The notes: generated by a model from the letters alone, not told the origin. A stretch of 64,000 nucleotides of DNA from an uncultured Rhabdochlamydiaceae bacterium (GCA_963712275.1 CAVQHD010000001.1:1408001-1472000); one strand, 5' to 3'. Counted from the first letter of the stretch, positions 40,218 to 51,039 are shown. Program-made: numbers and translations.

Positions 40218-41273
40218 TTATCTAGTACTTGCCAAAGCAGAGACGAGGTTTGGAACTGCTGTCTGAAGATCTCCCTGATATAGATAATCTTCATTTCCTA
40301 AATAAGTGGGAGTTCCTAAATCAATAGCGATGATGATTCCTTGAGGATGATGCTTTTTGTACCAGCCTAAAAATCCTCGATCGTCATAGCTCAGACCTAC
40401 GCAAATCAAATAGTCAATGTTTTTAAGGGAAGAAGGGTCAATTTCAGTTTGCAGATGTTGTGCATCAACGCGGTAAGGCTTGATACCGGTACGCTCATGA
40501 AGGAGGTCCAAATTTTCTGTGACAATTTGCGTCTTCTTAAGGAGAGCCAAATCCTTCAACGCTTGATGAGCGATTGTTGGAGGGCTGAAAAAACAGGCGC
40601 GATGAAACTGGTCAATATTAGACACGAGTTGCTGCGGCTGTAAAGGAATAGCTTTGATCCAAGAAAAAAAGGACTCTTTATCCATTTTAAACCCAAGGAG
40701 TGAGCAAAGCTGCTCCATGGTAGGCACCTCGGACGCTGCAGAAAGACCGGCCCCTGTATAAAAAAGCACAGAACCTTCGCGTATAAGAGAAACAAGTTCT
40801 GTTTCTTCGATGACGCGCGGCGCTGCTTTTTCTATCACACGCCGTTCACTTACAAGGTAGGAGGAGCTATTAGGTCCTTTACTGGAAGACTCTGCAAGAG
40901 GAGCATTATGTGTTTCACCAGTCGTTTTATTCCAACAGTAGGCATAGATAAATCTTTTCTGTTGTTGTCCATGGATTTCGCATATCTGTTCTAAGAACGG
41001 CAGTTTCTCTGCTTCTTCATAGCCCTCAGGAAATTTTTCCAAGAAAACCACTTCAAAATAGATTTCGTTATCTTTCGTGATAAAACGGAAATGACCATTC
41101 TCTCCAAAGCACCACGTCATGTCTAAGGTTCTTTTATCTGAAGGGATTTCTTCCTCCAAAAGGGTTTGCGGGGCAGTCAAAAACTCCTCTGCTGCACTTA
41201 TTATAGGCAATTCTTGCGCTGCTAAATGAAGCATTCCAAATCCTAATACAATGGACAAAATAACTTTTTTCAT
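40218..41273 (-). CDS. Sir2-family (sirtuin-fold) protein with a signal peptide
   Basis: FYTGAGLSAASEVP, PTIAH, VTENLDLLHE, VGLS; N-terminus MKKVILSIVLGFGMLHLAA. Confidence 0.75.
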   Translation of the reverse strand: MKKVILSIVLGFGMLHLAAQELPIISAAEEFLTAPQTLLEEEIPSDKRTLDMTWCFGENGHFRFITKDNEIYFEVVFLEKFPEGYEEAEKLPFLEQICEIHGQQQKRFIYAYCWNKTTGETHNAPLAESSSKGPNSSSYLVSERRVIEKAAPRVIEETELVSLIREGSVLFYTGAGLSAASEVPTMEQLCSLLGFKMDKESFFSWIKAIPLQPQQLVSNIDQFHRACFFSPPTIAHQALKDLALLKKTQIVTENLDLLHERTGIKPYRVDAQHLQTEIDPSSLKNIDYLICVGLSYDDRGFLGWYKKHHPQGIIIAIDLGTPTYLGNEDYLYQGDLQTAVPNLVSALASTR

Positions 41274-41324
41274 AAAATCCTCTGGTAGGATTAAATCAGA
41301 GCTAATTATTTAGACCAAGACAAT

Positions 41325-42431
41325 TCATTCCAGATTTTGGTATTTGATAGCCCATCCTCGTTGGATTTTTTCTTGGGCATTTCTGTATTCTTCTGCCAGA
41401 ATTGGATCGAGATGAGTAAGGCGTGCTATTTTTCCTTCTGAGAAGATATAAGGGTCGATGACTCGGAATCGGCTTTTCACAATAATATCCGCCTCAGATG
41501 GATCGACCAAGCTGTAGTAAAAGCCCGCTTGAGCAATCATTTGCATTTTCTTTTGAATCAATAAATCTTCACAGCTGGTTAATTGATCCCAGATAACTTG
41601 ATCTGTAGAGAAATGAATATCTTCGTAAGAAATACGCTCTAATTCCACCATTCTTAAAATAGCTTCGGCAAGCCAGCGGGATAAGTTATAATTCTCGGCG
41701 CTTCCCCAGCAATTTTGCGTCATAAATAGAGAAAAACGAACTAACTTTTTCATGAGTTCTGGTTTTGTGCTGACCCAACTACCTTGAATAAACTGAAGAT
41801 CTTCAATAATTTGTTTTGCTTCTTCATAGGTAATAAAACCTTGGTGGTATGCGCCTTGAATGTTGTAATCGATTCGGTCCGCGCAGAGATTGGGAAGTTT
41901 TTGCTCAAGCGATGGAAAAGCCTTTTCTGTGGGAAGGATTTGATCAATGGAGAACCCATATTTTCCCAAGATTTTTCCGAGACCACTCTTTTCTAAGAAA
42001 TTTTTATGAATGCTACTTTGATAATCCTTGTCTTGATTTTCCTTACGAAAGATCCAATCCCCGACATGGGAGAAAACTGTATGAGAAACATCATGAAGCA
42101 GCCCCGCAATTTGTTCCTCAAGAGAAGAGTTTTTTATCCGAAGAATAGCAAAAACGCCTAGGGAATGGTCGTAACGGGTATATTCTTCTTTATGAGTCGT
42201 ATAATAGGCGACACCATATTGATGGATCCATTTGAGTCTTTGAAAAGGGGGGCTTTCAATCAGCTCTAAGAGAATAGGCTCTTCAACTTCAATAGGGCCA
42301 TAGAAGGTATCGATTGTTGCAGCCCATGTCGACAGCGGGAGGAAACAAAACAGGTAAAAGCCTGCTCTAAGGAAAAATGTCCTAAAACAAACGAACTGCC
42401 GTAGAGTTCTAATTTTAAAACGCATTTTCAT
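41325..42431 (-). CDS. HD-domain phosphohydrolase (SAMHD1/dNTPase-like motifs); start uncertain
   Basis: FQRLKWIHQ, RYDHSLGV, GLLHDVSHTVFSH, ADRIDY. Confidence 0.85.
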   Translation of the reverse strand: MKMRFKIRTLRQFVCFRTFFLRAGFYLFCFLPLSTWAATIDTFYGPIEVEEPILLELIESPPFQRLKWIHQYGVAYYTTHKEEYTRYDHSLGVFAILRIKNSSLEEQIAGLLHDVSHTVFSHVGDWIFRKENQDKDYQSSIHKNFLEKSGLGKILGKYGFSIDQILPTEKAFPSLEQKLPNLCADRIDYNIQGAYHQGFITYEEAKQIIEDLQFIQGSWVSTKPELMKKLVRFSLFMTQNCWGSAENYNLSRWLAEAILRMVELERISYEDIHFSTDQVIWDQLTSCEDLLIQKKMQMIAQAGFYYSLVDPSEADIIVKSRFRVIDPYIFSEGKIARLTHLDPILAEEYRNAQEKIQRGWAIKYQNLE

Positions 42432-42542
42432 TTGGTTAAGTAGATGGAAGCTTAGCAATTTTCTCAATTTTGTCCAATCGGGTATTCTTTCCAGCCTCTC
42501 ATCTTTACAAATCAATAACGCCCGGTTTAAAATAGGGGTGGT

Positions 42543-43208
42543 ATGCAGCCCAAGCAGTTAAAATTTCCTTTTAGGTGGGAGGAGCGCGCTCCTGGCATTC
42601 ATGATGAGGTGCTCTTTATTCCTGATTGTTATGATCAACACCGAGAGTGGGTAATGCCTTCCTGGGAGATGATTTTTGGAAACTCGAACCCTGTTATGGT
42701 CGAGTATTGTACAGGCAATGGAGCCTGGATTGCCGATAAAGCCCAAGATCAAAGTCAAAATTGGGTGGCGGTAGAATGGAGGTTTGACAGAGTCCAAAAA
42801 ATCTGGTCTAAAAAGAAGAATAGAGGACTTAAAAATCTTTTTGTGGTTTGTGGCGATGCGAACGTTTTCATTCGTGATTACGTCAGAGATCAATCTGTCG
42901 ATGGTGTCTATGTGAATTTCCCAGATCCTTGGCCGAAGGAAAGACATGCTAAAAACCGTCTTTTTCAACCTTCTTTTGTCGCAAATTTAGCCCGCACAGT
43001 ACGGCCGGGAGCACCTTTATGTGTTGTAACGGATGACCCTCCTTATAGCCAGCAGATTGTAAAGAGCATTCTTGCTCATCCAGACTGGAAGCCGGCCTAT
43101 TCATTTCCTCATTATGTGACAGAATGGGAAGGGTATGGAACCTCTTTTTTTGATGCGCTTTGGAGGGAAAAAGGGCGAGAAATTCGGTATTTTCGGTTTT
43201 TAAGATGA
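42543..43208 (+). CDS. trmB: tRNA (guanine-N7) methyltransferase
   Basis: EYCTGNG, NFPDPWPKERHAKNRL, VTDD. Confidence 0.93.
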   Translation: MQPKQLKFPFRWEERAPGIHDEVLFIPDCYDQHREWVMPSWEMIFGNSNPVMVEYCTGNGAWIADKAQDQSQNWVAVEWRFDRVQKIWSKKKNRGLKNLFVVCGDANVFIRDYVRDQSVDGVYVNFPDPWPKERHAKNRLFQPSFVANLARTVRPGAPLCVVTDDPPYSQQIVKSILAHPDWKPAYSFPHYVTEWEGYGTSFFDALWREKGREIRYFRFLR

Positions 43209-43945
43209 AAACAATTGTTTTGCCTGCTTCTCCTTCCAGCGACTTAGATTGGTCCTTGCAACTTGAAGAGATGAAAGAAGGGGATTTCTTAGTGCATTTA
43301 GACTTTGGATGGGGGCGATCTCCTTTTTTTCTGAGCGATCTTGTCGTCTTTCAAACGTTTTCTCTTGCGCTGGATCAATTTTCAATGGAGGTGTGGCCTC
43401 TTGTGAAAGATCGGTGCCAAGGGGTCATCTTATTTCGGGGATCGCTTGACATTTTATCCTCACTGATTGTGGCGGGTGAGGAGCTCTCTGCGGTGGAGGC
43501 AGCAACGGTTTTTGGAGATTATCTCCATAGGCTTGCCTCTTTTTTGCCTGATGATGCCACGCCGTATTGCTTATTTGATGATCGGGGGCCTTATAGCCTC
43601 GGGGAGGCTGCGCACCTTCTTGCTCAGGACCGGTTTTGGCATCTTCGTCTTGCTTTGGATCCTTCCGAGCACCGAGTTGGGGTTTTGCTGCCTCAAGATG
43701 AACTGTGCTCTCCTGTGATGATCCTTGAGCTAGATCAGCTTCTTCGAGAAAAGCCAGAGATTCGAGTGATTCCTGAACGCAGACTGAGTGAGCTGTGGAA
43801 TGGGCTTGATGAGTTGATTGTTTTTGAGGAGAGCGTGACAGCTCAGGGGCGGCGGCAGCTTGCAGGTTTTGAGGCGGCAGGAGGAGAGATTATACACAAA
43901 CAACTTGAAGAATCGGTTTTTGACGACGTCGGCTTTACCTTATAA
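43205..43945 (+). CDS. Hypothetical protein
   Basis: ATG overlaps the trmB stop (ATGA); C-terminal WNGLDEL..GRRQLAGFEAAGG. Confidence 0.65.
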   Translation: MKTIVLPASPSSDLDWSLQLEEMKEGDFLVHLDFGWGRSPFFLSDLVVFQTFSLALDQFSMEVWPLVKDRCQGVILFRGSLDILSSLIVAGEELSAVEAATVFGDYLHRLASFLPDDATPYCLFDDRGPYSLGEAAHLLAQDRFWHLRLALDPSEHRVGVLLPQDELCSPVMILELDQLLREKPEIRVIPERRLSELWNGLDELIVFEESVTAQGRRQLAGFEAAGGEIIHKQLEESVFDDVGFTL

Positions 43946-44000
43946 TTCTTGTCTTCTTTGTCAAATTCCCGATCCTTCAAGTTGTTTGTGTGTAAAGTGT

Positions 44001-44075
44001 TCGGAGCAGAGGGATTCGAACCCCCGACCCACTGCTCCCAAAGCAGTTGCGCTAGCCAAACTGCGCTATGCTCCG
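44001..44075 (-). tRNA. tRNA-Pro(TGG)
   Basis: CGGAGCA acceptor, ACTGC-TTTGGGA-GCAGT anticodon arm, GGTTCGAATCC. Confidence 0.95.
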
Positions 44076-44144
44076 AACGAGAAAATAAATATCATACTAA
44101 CTTGAAATCTTTTACACAACGGTAAGTTTGTGTAAGATGAGTTT

Positions 44145-45689
44145 ATGGGCTTTGCAAGTAATATTTTAAATCAGTTTCTCGATCGTCTTCCTGACCTTAA
44201 AAAAGAATTAACGGCAGACCGTCTTCGCCTTTTTCAGGCGGAAGGGGCTGGGCTAACGCTCTCTTATGCAACGCAGCGTGTATCAACTGAAATTTTAGGC
44301 CACCTTTTTCAGCTTGCCAAGGAGCAGAAGGCGCTTTTGTGGATGGAGCGGCTTCAGATGGGGGAAAAGGTCAATTGCCTAGAAGGGTTTCCAAGTGAAA
44401 ACCGGGCAGCACTTCATACTGCTTTGCGGTATCAGAAGGGATCGAAACCAATTTCTTCAGAGGCTTTGCAAGCGGCTCAGCTGGCCTGGAGAGAGCTTGA
44501 TCGGCTAGAAGAGTTCCTTCCTTCTGCTGCCGCTTATACCGACATTGTTCAAGTGGGCATTGGAGGGTCGGCGCTGGGGCCTGAGGCGATCTATCATGCC
44601 TTAAAGGCCTATTCAATTCCTGGCCGGCGGGCTCATTTTGTCTCCAATATCGATCCGGATGAAATCACCTCGGTGCTTAAAACAGTTCCTCTTGCGCAAA
44701 CACTTTTTGTGGTGGTTTCAAAGTCTGGAACAACGCTAGAGACGGTCACAAATGAAGCCCTTATTCGAGCTGAGCTCCAAAAGGCGGGGCTTGACCCTCT
44801 GCTCCACTTGATTGCGGTGACGCAGCAGGGGAGCCCAATGGATAATCCGAAAAAATTTCGGGCCTGTTTTTATCTGTGGGATTTTGTTGGAGGTAGGTAT
44901 TCCACCACTTCGATGGTGGGAGGAGTTCTTCTTGCATTCACCCTAGGGTTAGGGACTTTTCTGCAGTTGCTCGAAGGAGCTCACGCAATGGACCAGGTTG
45001 CCCTTACTAAAGACCCTTCTCAAAATCTGCCGCTCTTAGGAGCTTTAATAGGGATCTGGAACCGGAGTTTTCTGGGATATCCAACGGTGGCGGTGATTCC
45101 TTATTCCCATGCCTTAGCGAAATTTCCGGCCCATCTGCAGCAGCTCGATATGGAATCCAATGGCAAGAGGATCAATCGGCAAGGGCATCTAGTCGGTTAT
45201 CCGACAGGGCCTATCGTCTGGGGAGAGCCGGGGACGAATGGACAGCACTCTTTTTTCCAACTGATTCATCAAGGGACCACTGTCGTGCCTGTGGAATTCA
45301 TTGGGTTTCGCAAGTCTCAATATGGGCATGACATGGTGGTCCAAGGATCGACCTCGCAAGAGAAGCTGAATGGTAACCTCTTAGCTCAGGCAATTGCGCT
45401 CGCTCAAGGTCAAACGAGTGAAAATCCGAATCAAGTTTGCCCCGGCAACCGCCCCTCTCAACTCCTCATTGGAGATCGGTGCGATCCTGTGACGGTGGGC
45501 TCTCTTCTCGCCTACTATGAGCATAAAGTGGCTTTTCAAGGGTTTTTATGGGGCATCAACTCTTTTGACCAAGCAGGCGTTGAACTCGGCAAAAAAATGT
45601 CCAAGCAGATGATTCAGGCGCTTGCCGCATCAAGAGAAGGAGAAGTGGAAGACCCTTTTTCTCAAGCGTGGATTGAGCTGTTTAAATAG
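44145..45689 (+). CDS. pgi: Glucose-6-phosphate isomerase
   Basis: GIGGS, SKSGTTLET, VGGRYS, QQLDMESNGK, GTNGQH, FDQAGVELGK. Confidence 0.97.
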   Translation: MGFASNILNQFLDRLPDLKKELTADRLRLFQAEGAGLTLSYATQRVSTEILGHLFQLAKEQKALLWMERLQMGEKVNCLEGFPSENRAALHTALRYQKGSKPISSEALQAAQLAWRELDRLEEFLPSAAAYTDIVQVGIGGSALGPEAIYHALKAYSIPGRRAHFVSNIDPDEITSVLKTVPLAQTLFVVVSKSGTTLETVTNEALIRAELQKAGLDPLLHLIAVTQQGSPMDNPKKFRACFYLWDFVGGRYSTTSMVGGVLLAFTLGLGTFLQLLEGAHAMDQVALTKDPSQNLPLLGALIGIWNRSFLGYPTVAVIPYSHALAKFPAHLQQLDMESNGKRINRQGHLVGYPTGPIVWGEPGTNGQHSFFQLIHQGTTVVPVEFIGFRKSQYGHDMVVQGSTSQEKLNGNLLAQAIALAQGQTSENPNQVCPGNRPSQLLIGDRCDPVTVGSLLAYYEHKVAFQGFLWGINSFDQAGVELGKKMSKQMIQALAASREGEVEDPFSQAWIELFK

Positions 45690-46551
45690 CAGCTGTAATA
45701 GCTCCAATGAGCACTGCTTTAGAGTGGTATTGCAAGAGGGGAAGCGCTGTGCGATGAATAAGTGCTGCAATGCCCAAAGCAACACCTACTTGGACTGAGC
45801 CAAGGAAAACTTTTTTGGGTTGCTCGATCATACGTAGAGGGGTTTTGTAGGTGAGTGAATTCCACAAGACACCGATTAAACCTGAATTAATGGGGGCTAC
45901 CCATTTGGTCGTAGAGTAAGACCACTCTTCTGGGTAAGAAGAGTCTCGGCAGAAGTCTTTATGAAGCCGCTCTTGGGATATGTGAAATTTGACGTTTGGG
46001 ACAAGCATAGAAGAGGCCATTATAAAATGGCCATCATTGCATAGGTTCTCTGTTGAAGAACATGTATAGGTTTTTGGCAGAAGGGTCGTAGCAAAACTAT
46101 TAAGAATTGCTCGACCAATGCGGTTGAAAAAGTTATTGCTATCATTTTTTTTAAGATATTTATAAGGTAAAATAATAAAGAGATTTGAGTGAAGGTGAGT
46201 TTCTCTTGGATCGCGTTCATTGAATAAATCGACATCATAGGCACAATAAAAATGATTACGGTTTTGTGCATCAAAGCCGCATCCATAGTCCCCTCCGAAC
46301 TTGTTTCCCCCTGCTAAAGGTAAGGCTCCAAATGCGTGAATACCTAGCCAAAAAAAGGGATTAGTTCCGTGCCTAAGAGTTTCTAAGGCGAAAAAGTTTG
46401 CCAGTCCTTGAGAAAATAGGCGAGCTGTTACAAAAGCAACTGTACAAAGTAGGACCGCTCGATTTTGATATTCTTTCGGTCCTTTATCAAAGAAACGATA
46501 TAAATTTTCTTTTGTTATGACGTTGGTTAAAGAACTTAATCCAAATGACAT
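45682..46551 (-). CDS. Hypothetical membrane-associated protein
   Basis: 289-aa ORF with GAGG RBS and several hydrophobic segments. Confidence 0.55.
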   Translation of the reverse strand: MSFGLSSLTNVITKENLYRFFDKGPKEYQNRAVLLCTVAFVTARLFSQGLANFFALETLRHGTNPFFWLGIHAFGALPLAGGNKFGGDYGCGFDAQNRNHFYCAYDVDLFNERDPRETHLHSNLFIILPYKYLKKNDSNNFFNRIGRAILNSFATTLLPKTYTCSSTENLCNDGHFIMASSMLVPNVKFHISQERLHKDFCRDSSYPEEWSYSTTKWVAPINSGLIGVLWNSLTYKTPLRMIEQPKKVFLGSVQVGVALGIAALIHRTALPLLQYHSKAVLIGAITAAI

Positions 46552-46657
46552 TTCAACCTCTTTTATGGGAGAAATTATACAGCTTTTTTACATAAACATC
46601 AAGAAAATTCTCCCTCAAAATGCCAAGCTTTTGACAATTAACAATTAAAATATTTTT

Positions 46658-47692
46658 TTACATTTTTAAAGAACCCGACTCAATTTGAAGGGTATGGTAG
46701 GGTCGATTGTCCAAAAAAACGGGAGAGGTTAAAAAAACCTGCCCAAAAGAAGAGATATGGGAAAGAAGGATTTCACGTCTTTCTTCATCGAGGTGGACGC
46801 CAAAGTCATCGATGCAAAAGAGGGGAGCAAGTTGATGTTGAAGGGAGAGGTTTTTCCACTGCGCTAGGCGCAGGGCTGCCACGGCGGATCGGAGCTGCCC
46901 CTGGCTTGCATAGCCTGAGGCGGGAAGTCCATTGATGAAAATGTCCAAATCATCTCGATGAGGGCCCAAAAGCGTGGATCCAAGGATCAGCTCTTTAGGG
47001 CGGTGTTTAAGATAATTTTCCGTAAAAGAGGGGCGATAGCAGATTTCAATTTGATCTTTTTCTTTGGATAGGGTTTGCATGGCTGCCTGCAGCTCGGTCT
47101 GAAGTGCTTTGATGAGAGAGCGGCGTTGATCCCGCAGGTACGTGGCTGCACTGACCATGAGCGTTTCCCAAGGCTCTAATCCTTGCTCTTTTTTTTGCTT
47201 GAGAAGGAAATTTCTGTGTTTTACCGCTCTATGGTAGCGGGCTAAATGAAATACATAGAGTGGATCGCTTTGAGCAAGATGAAGATCTAAGAAGCGGCGG
47301 CGGTCGGAGGGGGCCCCTGTGATGAGAAGAATATCCTCTGGGGCAAGCAGCACAATAGGAAGAAGCCCTAGAAGGGGGTTGAAGTGGGAGTAAGAGGTGT
47401 GGTTGATCTCCAACTTTTTGACCTCGCCGTCAAAGGAGAGGCGGGCTTTCTGCTGGATCCCATCTTTTACAAACTGCGCTTCAACAAAGAAAAAAGAGGC
47501 TTCCTGGTGAATCAGCTCTTTTAAGTGGGCCGTTCGGAAAGAGCGGCCGGTCCCAACGAGAAAAAGAGCTTCAAGTAAGTTGGTTTTTCCTTGGGCGTTT
47601 CCGCCTCGAATCAGATTAATCTCTGGAGAGAAGAGAAAGCTCTCTTCGGAGTAATTTCGAAAATGGCGAATGTAGAGTTTTTCAAGACGCAT
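46658..47692 (-). CDS. recF: DNA replication/repair protein RecF
   Basis: FRNY, GGNAQGKTNLLEA, RRRFLD, GPHRDD, SQGQ. Confidence 0.95.
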   Translation of the reverse strand: MRLEKLYIRHFRNYSEESFLFSPEINLIRGGNAQGKTNLLEALFLVGTGRSFRTAHLKELIHQEASFFFVEAQFVKDGIQQKARLSFDGEVKKLEINHTSYSHFNPLLGLLPIVLLAPEDILLITGAPSDRRRFLDLHLAQSDPLYVFHLARYHRAVKHRNFLLKQKKEQGLEPWETLMVSAATYLRDQRRSLIKALQTELQAAMQTLSKEKDQIEICYRPSFTENYLKHRPKELILGSTLLGPHRDDLDIFINGLPASGYASQGQLRSAVAALRLAQWKNLSLQHQLAPLFCIDDFGVHLDEERREILLSHISSFGQVFLTSPVFLDNRPYHTLQIESGSLKM

Positions 47693-48785
47693 CAAGACGC
47701 ATGGGCATGAGCACAAAATGGGCTGTTGTCGAGTCGGTGATAAGCCCTGGGTTAAAGGCATCGCTTAGGCTGAGGAGGACAGTTTCATCTTTACAGTTTC
47801 TCAAAATATCGAAAAAGTAGTGAGGATTAAAGGCGACGTCGAATTTAGATCCTCCATAGTTTACAGACATGCTGACCTTTCCTTCTCCAATAGCTCCATT
47901 CATCGCTGTGAGATGGAGTTCGCCTGGAGCAAAGGTAAAGCGGACAGAGCTGCTCTGATCTTCTGTAAAAAGGGAAACCTGCCTGAGAAGAGACATGAGC
48001 TCTTCTCGATGAAGGGTGATGGGAGAGATTGCTTTTTTAGGGATAACGCGATCAACATCGGGGTACTGACCATTGAGGAGTTTGGTGATAAGAGTGACAT
48101 TTCCAATCTCAAGTCCGATTTTATCGGAGAAAAAAGTTAGCTTTGATTGGTCGTCTTTGATATCGATTAACTTAATCATCTCTTCAACGGCTTTTAGAGG
48201 AAGAATATACGATCCTGTTTGATCTTCAGAAAGGTTCACTTCCGCAGAGACACGGGCCAAACGTTTGCCATCCGTTCCAATAAATAGGGCCGTTTTTTGT
48301 TTATGCTGAAGCAAAATGCCATTGAGAACTTGCCGGTTATCATCTCTAGCAGCTGCAAAAGAGCTTCGTATTAGCATCTCTTTAAGGAGATGGTTGCTGA
48401 TTTCAAGAGAAACCCCTCCACTCATATCAGGAAAGGTTGGAAACTCATTTTTATGCATTCCACTCATCTTAAAATGGGAAGAGCCGCAATTAATATGGGC
48501 AGATTCCGAACTTTGAGCATGGATCTCTACCTGAGATGAGGTCAACTCGCGCACAAGCTGGAAAAACTTTTTTGCCGGAAGGGTGATGGCTCCTTCTTCT
48601 TGAATGGCCGCATTTGCAAAAGCCTGCATGCTGATCGTTAAATCGGTCGTGCTTAAAACAAGCTGGTCGTCACGAGCCTCTAAGAGAATATTATTTAAAA
48701 CTGGCAAGGCGGGTTTAGAGGGAACAATGGCTTGGATTTTAGCGATGAGATTGAGTAAATCAATACGTGGAATGGTAAGTTTCAT
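47682..48785 (-). CDS. dnaN: DNA polymerase III beta clamp
   Basis: GTDGKRLA, GQYPD, FNPHY, VLMPMRL. Confidence 0.95.
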   Translation of the reverse strand: MKLTIPRIDLLNLIAKIQAIVPSKPALPVLNNILLEARDDQLVLSTTDLTISMQAFANAAIQEEGAITLPAKKFFQLVRELTSSQVEIHAQSSESAHINCGSSHFKMSGMHKNEFPTFPDMSGGVSLEISNHLLKEMLIRSSFAAARDDNRQVLNGILLQHKQKTALFIGTDGKRLARVSAEVNLSEDQTGSYILPLKAVEEMIKLIDIKDDQSKLTFFSDKIGLEIGNVTLITKLLNGQYPDVDRVIPKKAISPITLHREELMSLLRQVSLFTEDQSSSVRFTFAPGELHLTAMNGAIGEGKVSMSVNYGGSKFDVAFNPHYFFDILRNCKDETVLLSLSDAFNPGLITDSTTAHFVLMPMRLDAS

Positions 48786-48878
48786 CTGAGAACTCCGCTT
48801 GAGCTTTTAATCTTTAGGATACTCCAAAAAACACAGCGGTGTCAATGCTCGGATCGTCGCTCAGCATAAAAATCATGT

Positions 48879-49322
48879 TTAACGGTCCTTCATCGATCGG
48901 TCGATCATTCGGTCGTGCTCCCGTTTTTTAAGTGCGGCTCGTTTGTCGTAGGTTTTCTTGCCGCGGGCAATTGCTAGCTTGACTTTCACAAAGCCATGTT
49001 TCAAATAGAGGGAAAGGGGAATGATCGTAAGTCCTTTCTCACTTATTGCGTTTTGAAGCTTGACAATTTCACGATGGTGCAAAAGGAGCTTCCGCTCACG
49101 CTTTTCTTCGTGGTTGAAGACGCTGCCAAAGCGGTAGGGGGCAATGGAGGCATTTTTAAGGTACGGCTCTTCCTTGTAAAAGACGACATAAGCTTCTTGA
49201 AGGTTGCCACCGTGATTGCGAAGTGATTTGATTTCAGTTCCCAGCAAGACGATTCCAGCTTCAAAGGTTTCTAGGATTTCATAGTGGTGAAAGGCTTTTC
49301 GGTTGGAAACAAGATCATCCAT
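48879..49322 (-). CDS. smpB: SsrA-binding protein
   Basis: [37 protein letters not shown]. Confidence 0.97.
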   Translation of the reverse strand: MDDLVSNRKAFHHYEILETFEAGIVLLGTEIKSLRNHGGNLQEAYVVFYKEEPYLKNASIAPYRFGSVFNHEEKRERKLLLHHREIVKLQNAISEKGLTIIPLSLYLKHGFVKVKLAIARGKKTYDKRAALKKREHDRMIDRSMKDR

Positions 49323-49329
49323 AGAGTTT

Positions 49330-50694
49330 TTATCCGAAGAGAGATTGACCTAGAGGAGTTATGCAAAAGCATACCTCTCCATTCATCGATCCCACGGCTG
49401 TAAGTCCTGCCTCAAAGAGGTGGCTTGTTATCACGGCCTTCAAAAATTCGGCTTCCTCAGGAGTGTAGGTTGGTCGTTGATATCTCCAGTGTTTTCCTGT
49501 TTTCCGAAGTGTGACGGCTTGCCCTTCACGGATCTGCACATAGGTGCCTTTAAGAAAGTCGGAGAAACGGACCCATCCTGAATCGAGGACCCGTAAGATC
49601 GATTTTTCCATTTCCCGAACAACCTTTTCATAAAGGGGGGACAGAGGAAAGGCGCTGTGGAGCTGGCCCACAGGAAGCCGATAAAGGTAAAGGGCTTTGT
49701 TCTCGAGTCGTAGATCTAACCATTCTCTTCCAATATCGGTTAAAGAAAGTTTTCCATCTTCAAGACGCGCAAACCCGCTGGTCTCGATTTTCGTGTGCAC
49801 CCTTTTTAAATAGAGATCGTTTGCAATAAAGGAGCTTAATTTAAAGGATTGCTTTTTTGCTTGGGTTAGAACAGTTGTTATGTCTTCCACGAAAGCAAAA
49901 TCGGTGGGTCTTAGCCGCTCAATCTTTTTCGGGTCATTAATAGTGGGGGTAGCTGTCTCTTTCAAGAAAGTCAGGTGCTCTTTCCATTCGTAAAAGGGAG
50001 TCACAATGGTATCCCATCCGTTTCCTTGCTTGCGATACTTTATCGTGCAGATAAAATGAAACTCAAGATAGAGTATTGCTTCCTGAAACTGCTGAGGGGA
50101 TAGGCTATATTTTTTTTGAAGTTCTCGTGCAGAAATTTCGAAGCCCGGTGCTTTAAAAATATCTTGAGCAATAGCTGTTAAAACAGGATCGGAAAAATTC
50201 AAATCGAGAAGATGTCTTTGAAAGAGTTGAGGTGTCAGTAAATATTTTTCAATTAGAGAGTTAAAAATATGATTGGAGGTTCGAGGAATGGCATACCAAT
50301 GAGGAAGAATGTGGATAGGAACCTTTTTAAGCAGCTGCTGAAGAAAATCCATTCCAGACTGAAAATCGTCTCCAAATTTTTCGAGCTCAGTTTCAAAGTA
50401 TTTTCTACGTTCCTTATCGACAACGATCGTGTCTTCTTCAAAGCTGATAAGGTCCATGGATGCGATTTTTTGTAGAATAGGTGTTAAGTCCTCTTCTGAA
50501 AGGTCGAGATTTTTCCCTATTTTGCGTATGGAAGTTCGGATGGGGCTAAATAAAATCTCCTCTAAGACAGCATAGTCTAGAACAGTAAAATGGGAGAGCA
50601 AAAGACGAGCTTTAACATCTTGCTTATAGTCATAATCAAGAAGAGAAACTTTATGTTTTCTTGTCGCTGTTAGTTCCAATTGGTACCTCGACAT
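49330..50694 (-). CDS. Hypothetical protein (454 aa)
   Basis: Long ORF co-oriented with and closely upstream of smpB. Confidence 0.7.
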   Translation of the reverse strand: MSRYQLELTATRKHKVSLLDYDYKQDVKARLLLSHFTVLDYAVLEEILFSPIRTSIRKIGKNLDLSEEDLTPILQKIASMDLISFEEDTIVVDKERRKYFETELEKFGDDFQSGMDFLQQLLKKVPIHILPHWYAIPRTSNHIFNSLIEKYLLTPQLFQRHLLDLNFSDPVLTAIAQDIFKAPGFEISARELQKKYSLSPQQFQEAILYLEFHFICTIKYRKQGNGWDTIVTPFYEWKEHLTFLKETATPTINDPKKIERLRPTDFAFVEDITTVLTQAKKQSFKLSSFIANDLYLKRVHTKIETSGFARLEDGKLSLTDIGREWLDLRLENKALYLYRLPVGQLHSAFPLSPLYEKVVREMEKSILRVLDSGWVRFSDFLKGTYVQIREGQAVTLRKTGKHWRYQRPTYTPEEAEFLKAVITSHLFEAGLTAVGSMNGEVCFCITPLGQSLFG

Positions 50695-50719
50695 GATGAT
50701 ACTCTATTTTTCTTTTTGA

Positions 50720-50915
50720 AGCAATTCATCTCTCGGGTATCTTCTAAGGGTAGGAAATTAGAATAAGTGTTTAAGACCTTTGTTGAGGAAGGCTTATTTA
50801 CATTTTTTCACCACAGAGCAATTCATCTCTCGGGTATCCTCAGGGGGCAGGAAACTAGAATAAATGTTTAAAACCTTTGTTGAGGAAGGCTTATTTACAT
50901 TTTTTCACCACAGAG
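50720..50915. repeat. 97-bp tandem duplication of the left flank plus the left end of the family C element
   Basis: gcaattcatctctcgggtatc at 50721 and 50818; the copies differ at several bases. Confidence 0.9.
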
Positions 50916-51039
50916 ACACAGAGAGGGATGAGATTGCACAGAGAAAAAAAAGAAATTTTTCTCTGTGCAATCTCATCCCTCTCTGTGTCTCTGTGGTGAA
51001 AAAATGTAAATAAGCCTTCCTCAACAAAGGTTTTAAACA
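50865..51039. mobile_element. Family C long hairpin element (175 bp)
   Basis: Perfect arms of about 80 bp: TGTTTAAAACC...CACCACAGAGACACAGAGAGGGATGAGATTGCACAGAG and its reverse complement. Confidence 0.9.

Noticed and set aside
46658..49322. Replication origin near dnaN/recF
   Set aside because: No dnaA gene and no DnaA-box cluster noticed; recF-dnaN-smpB is ordinary chlamydial order.
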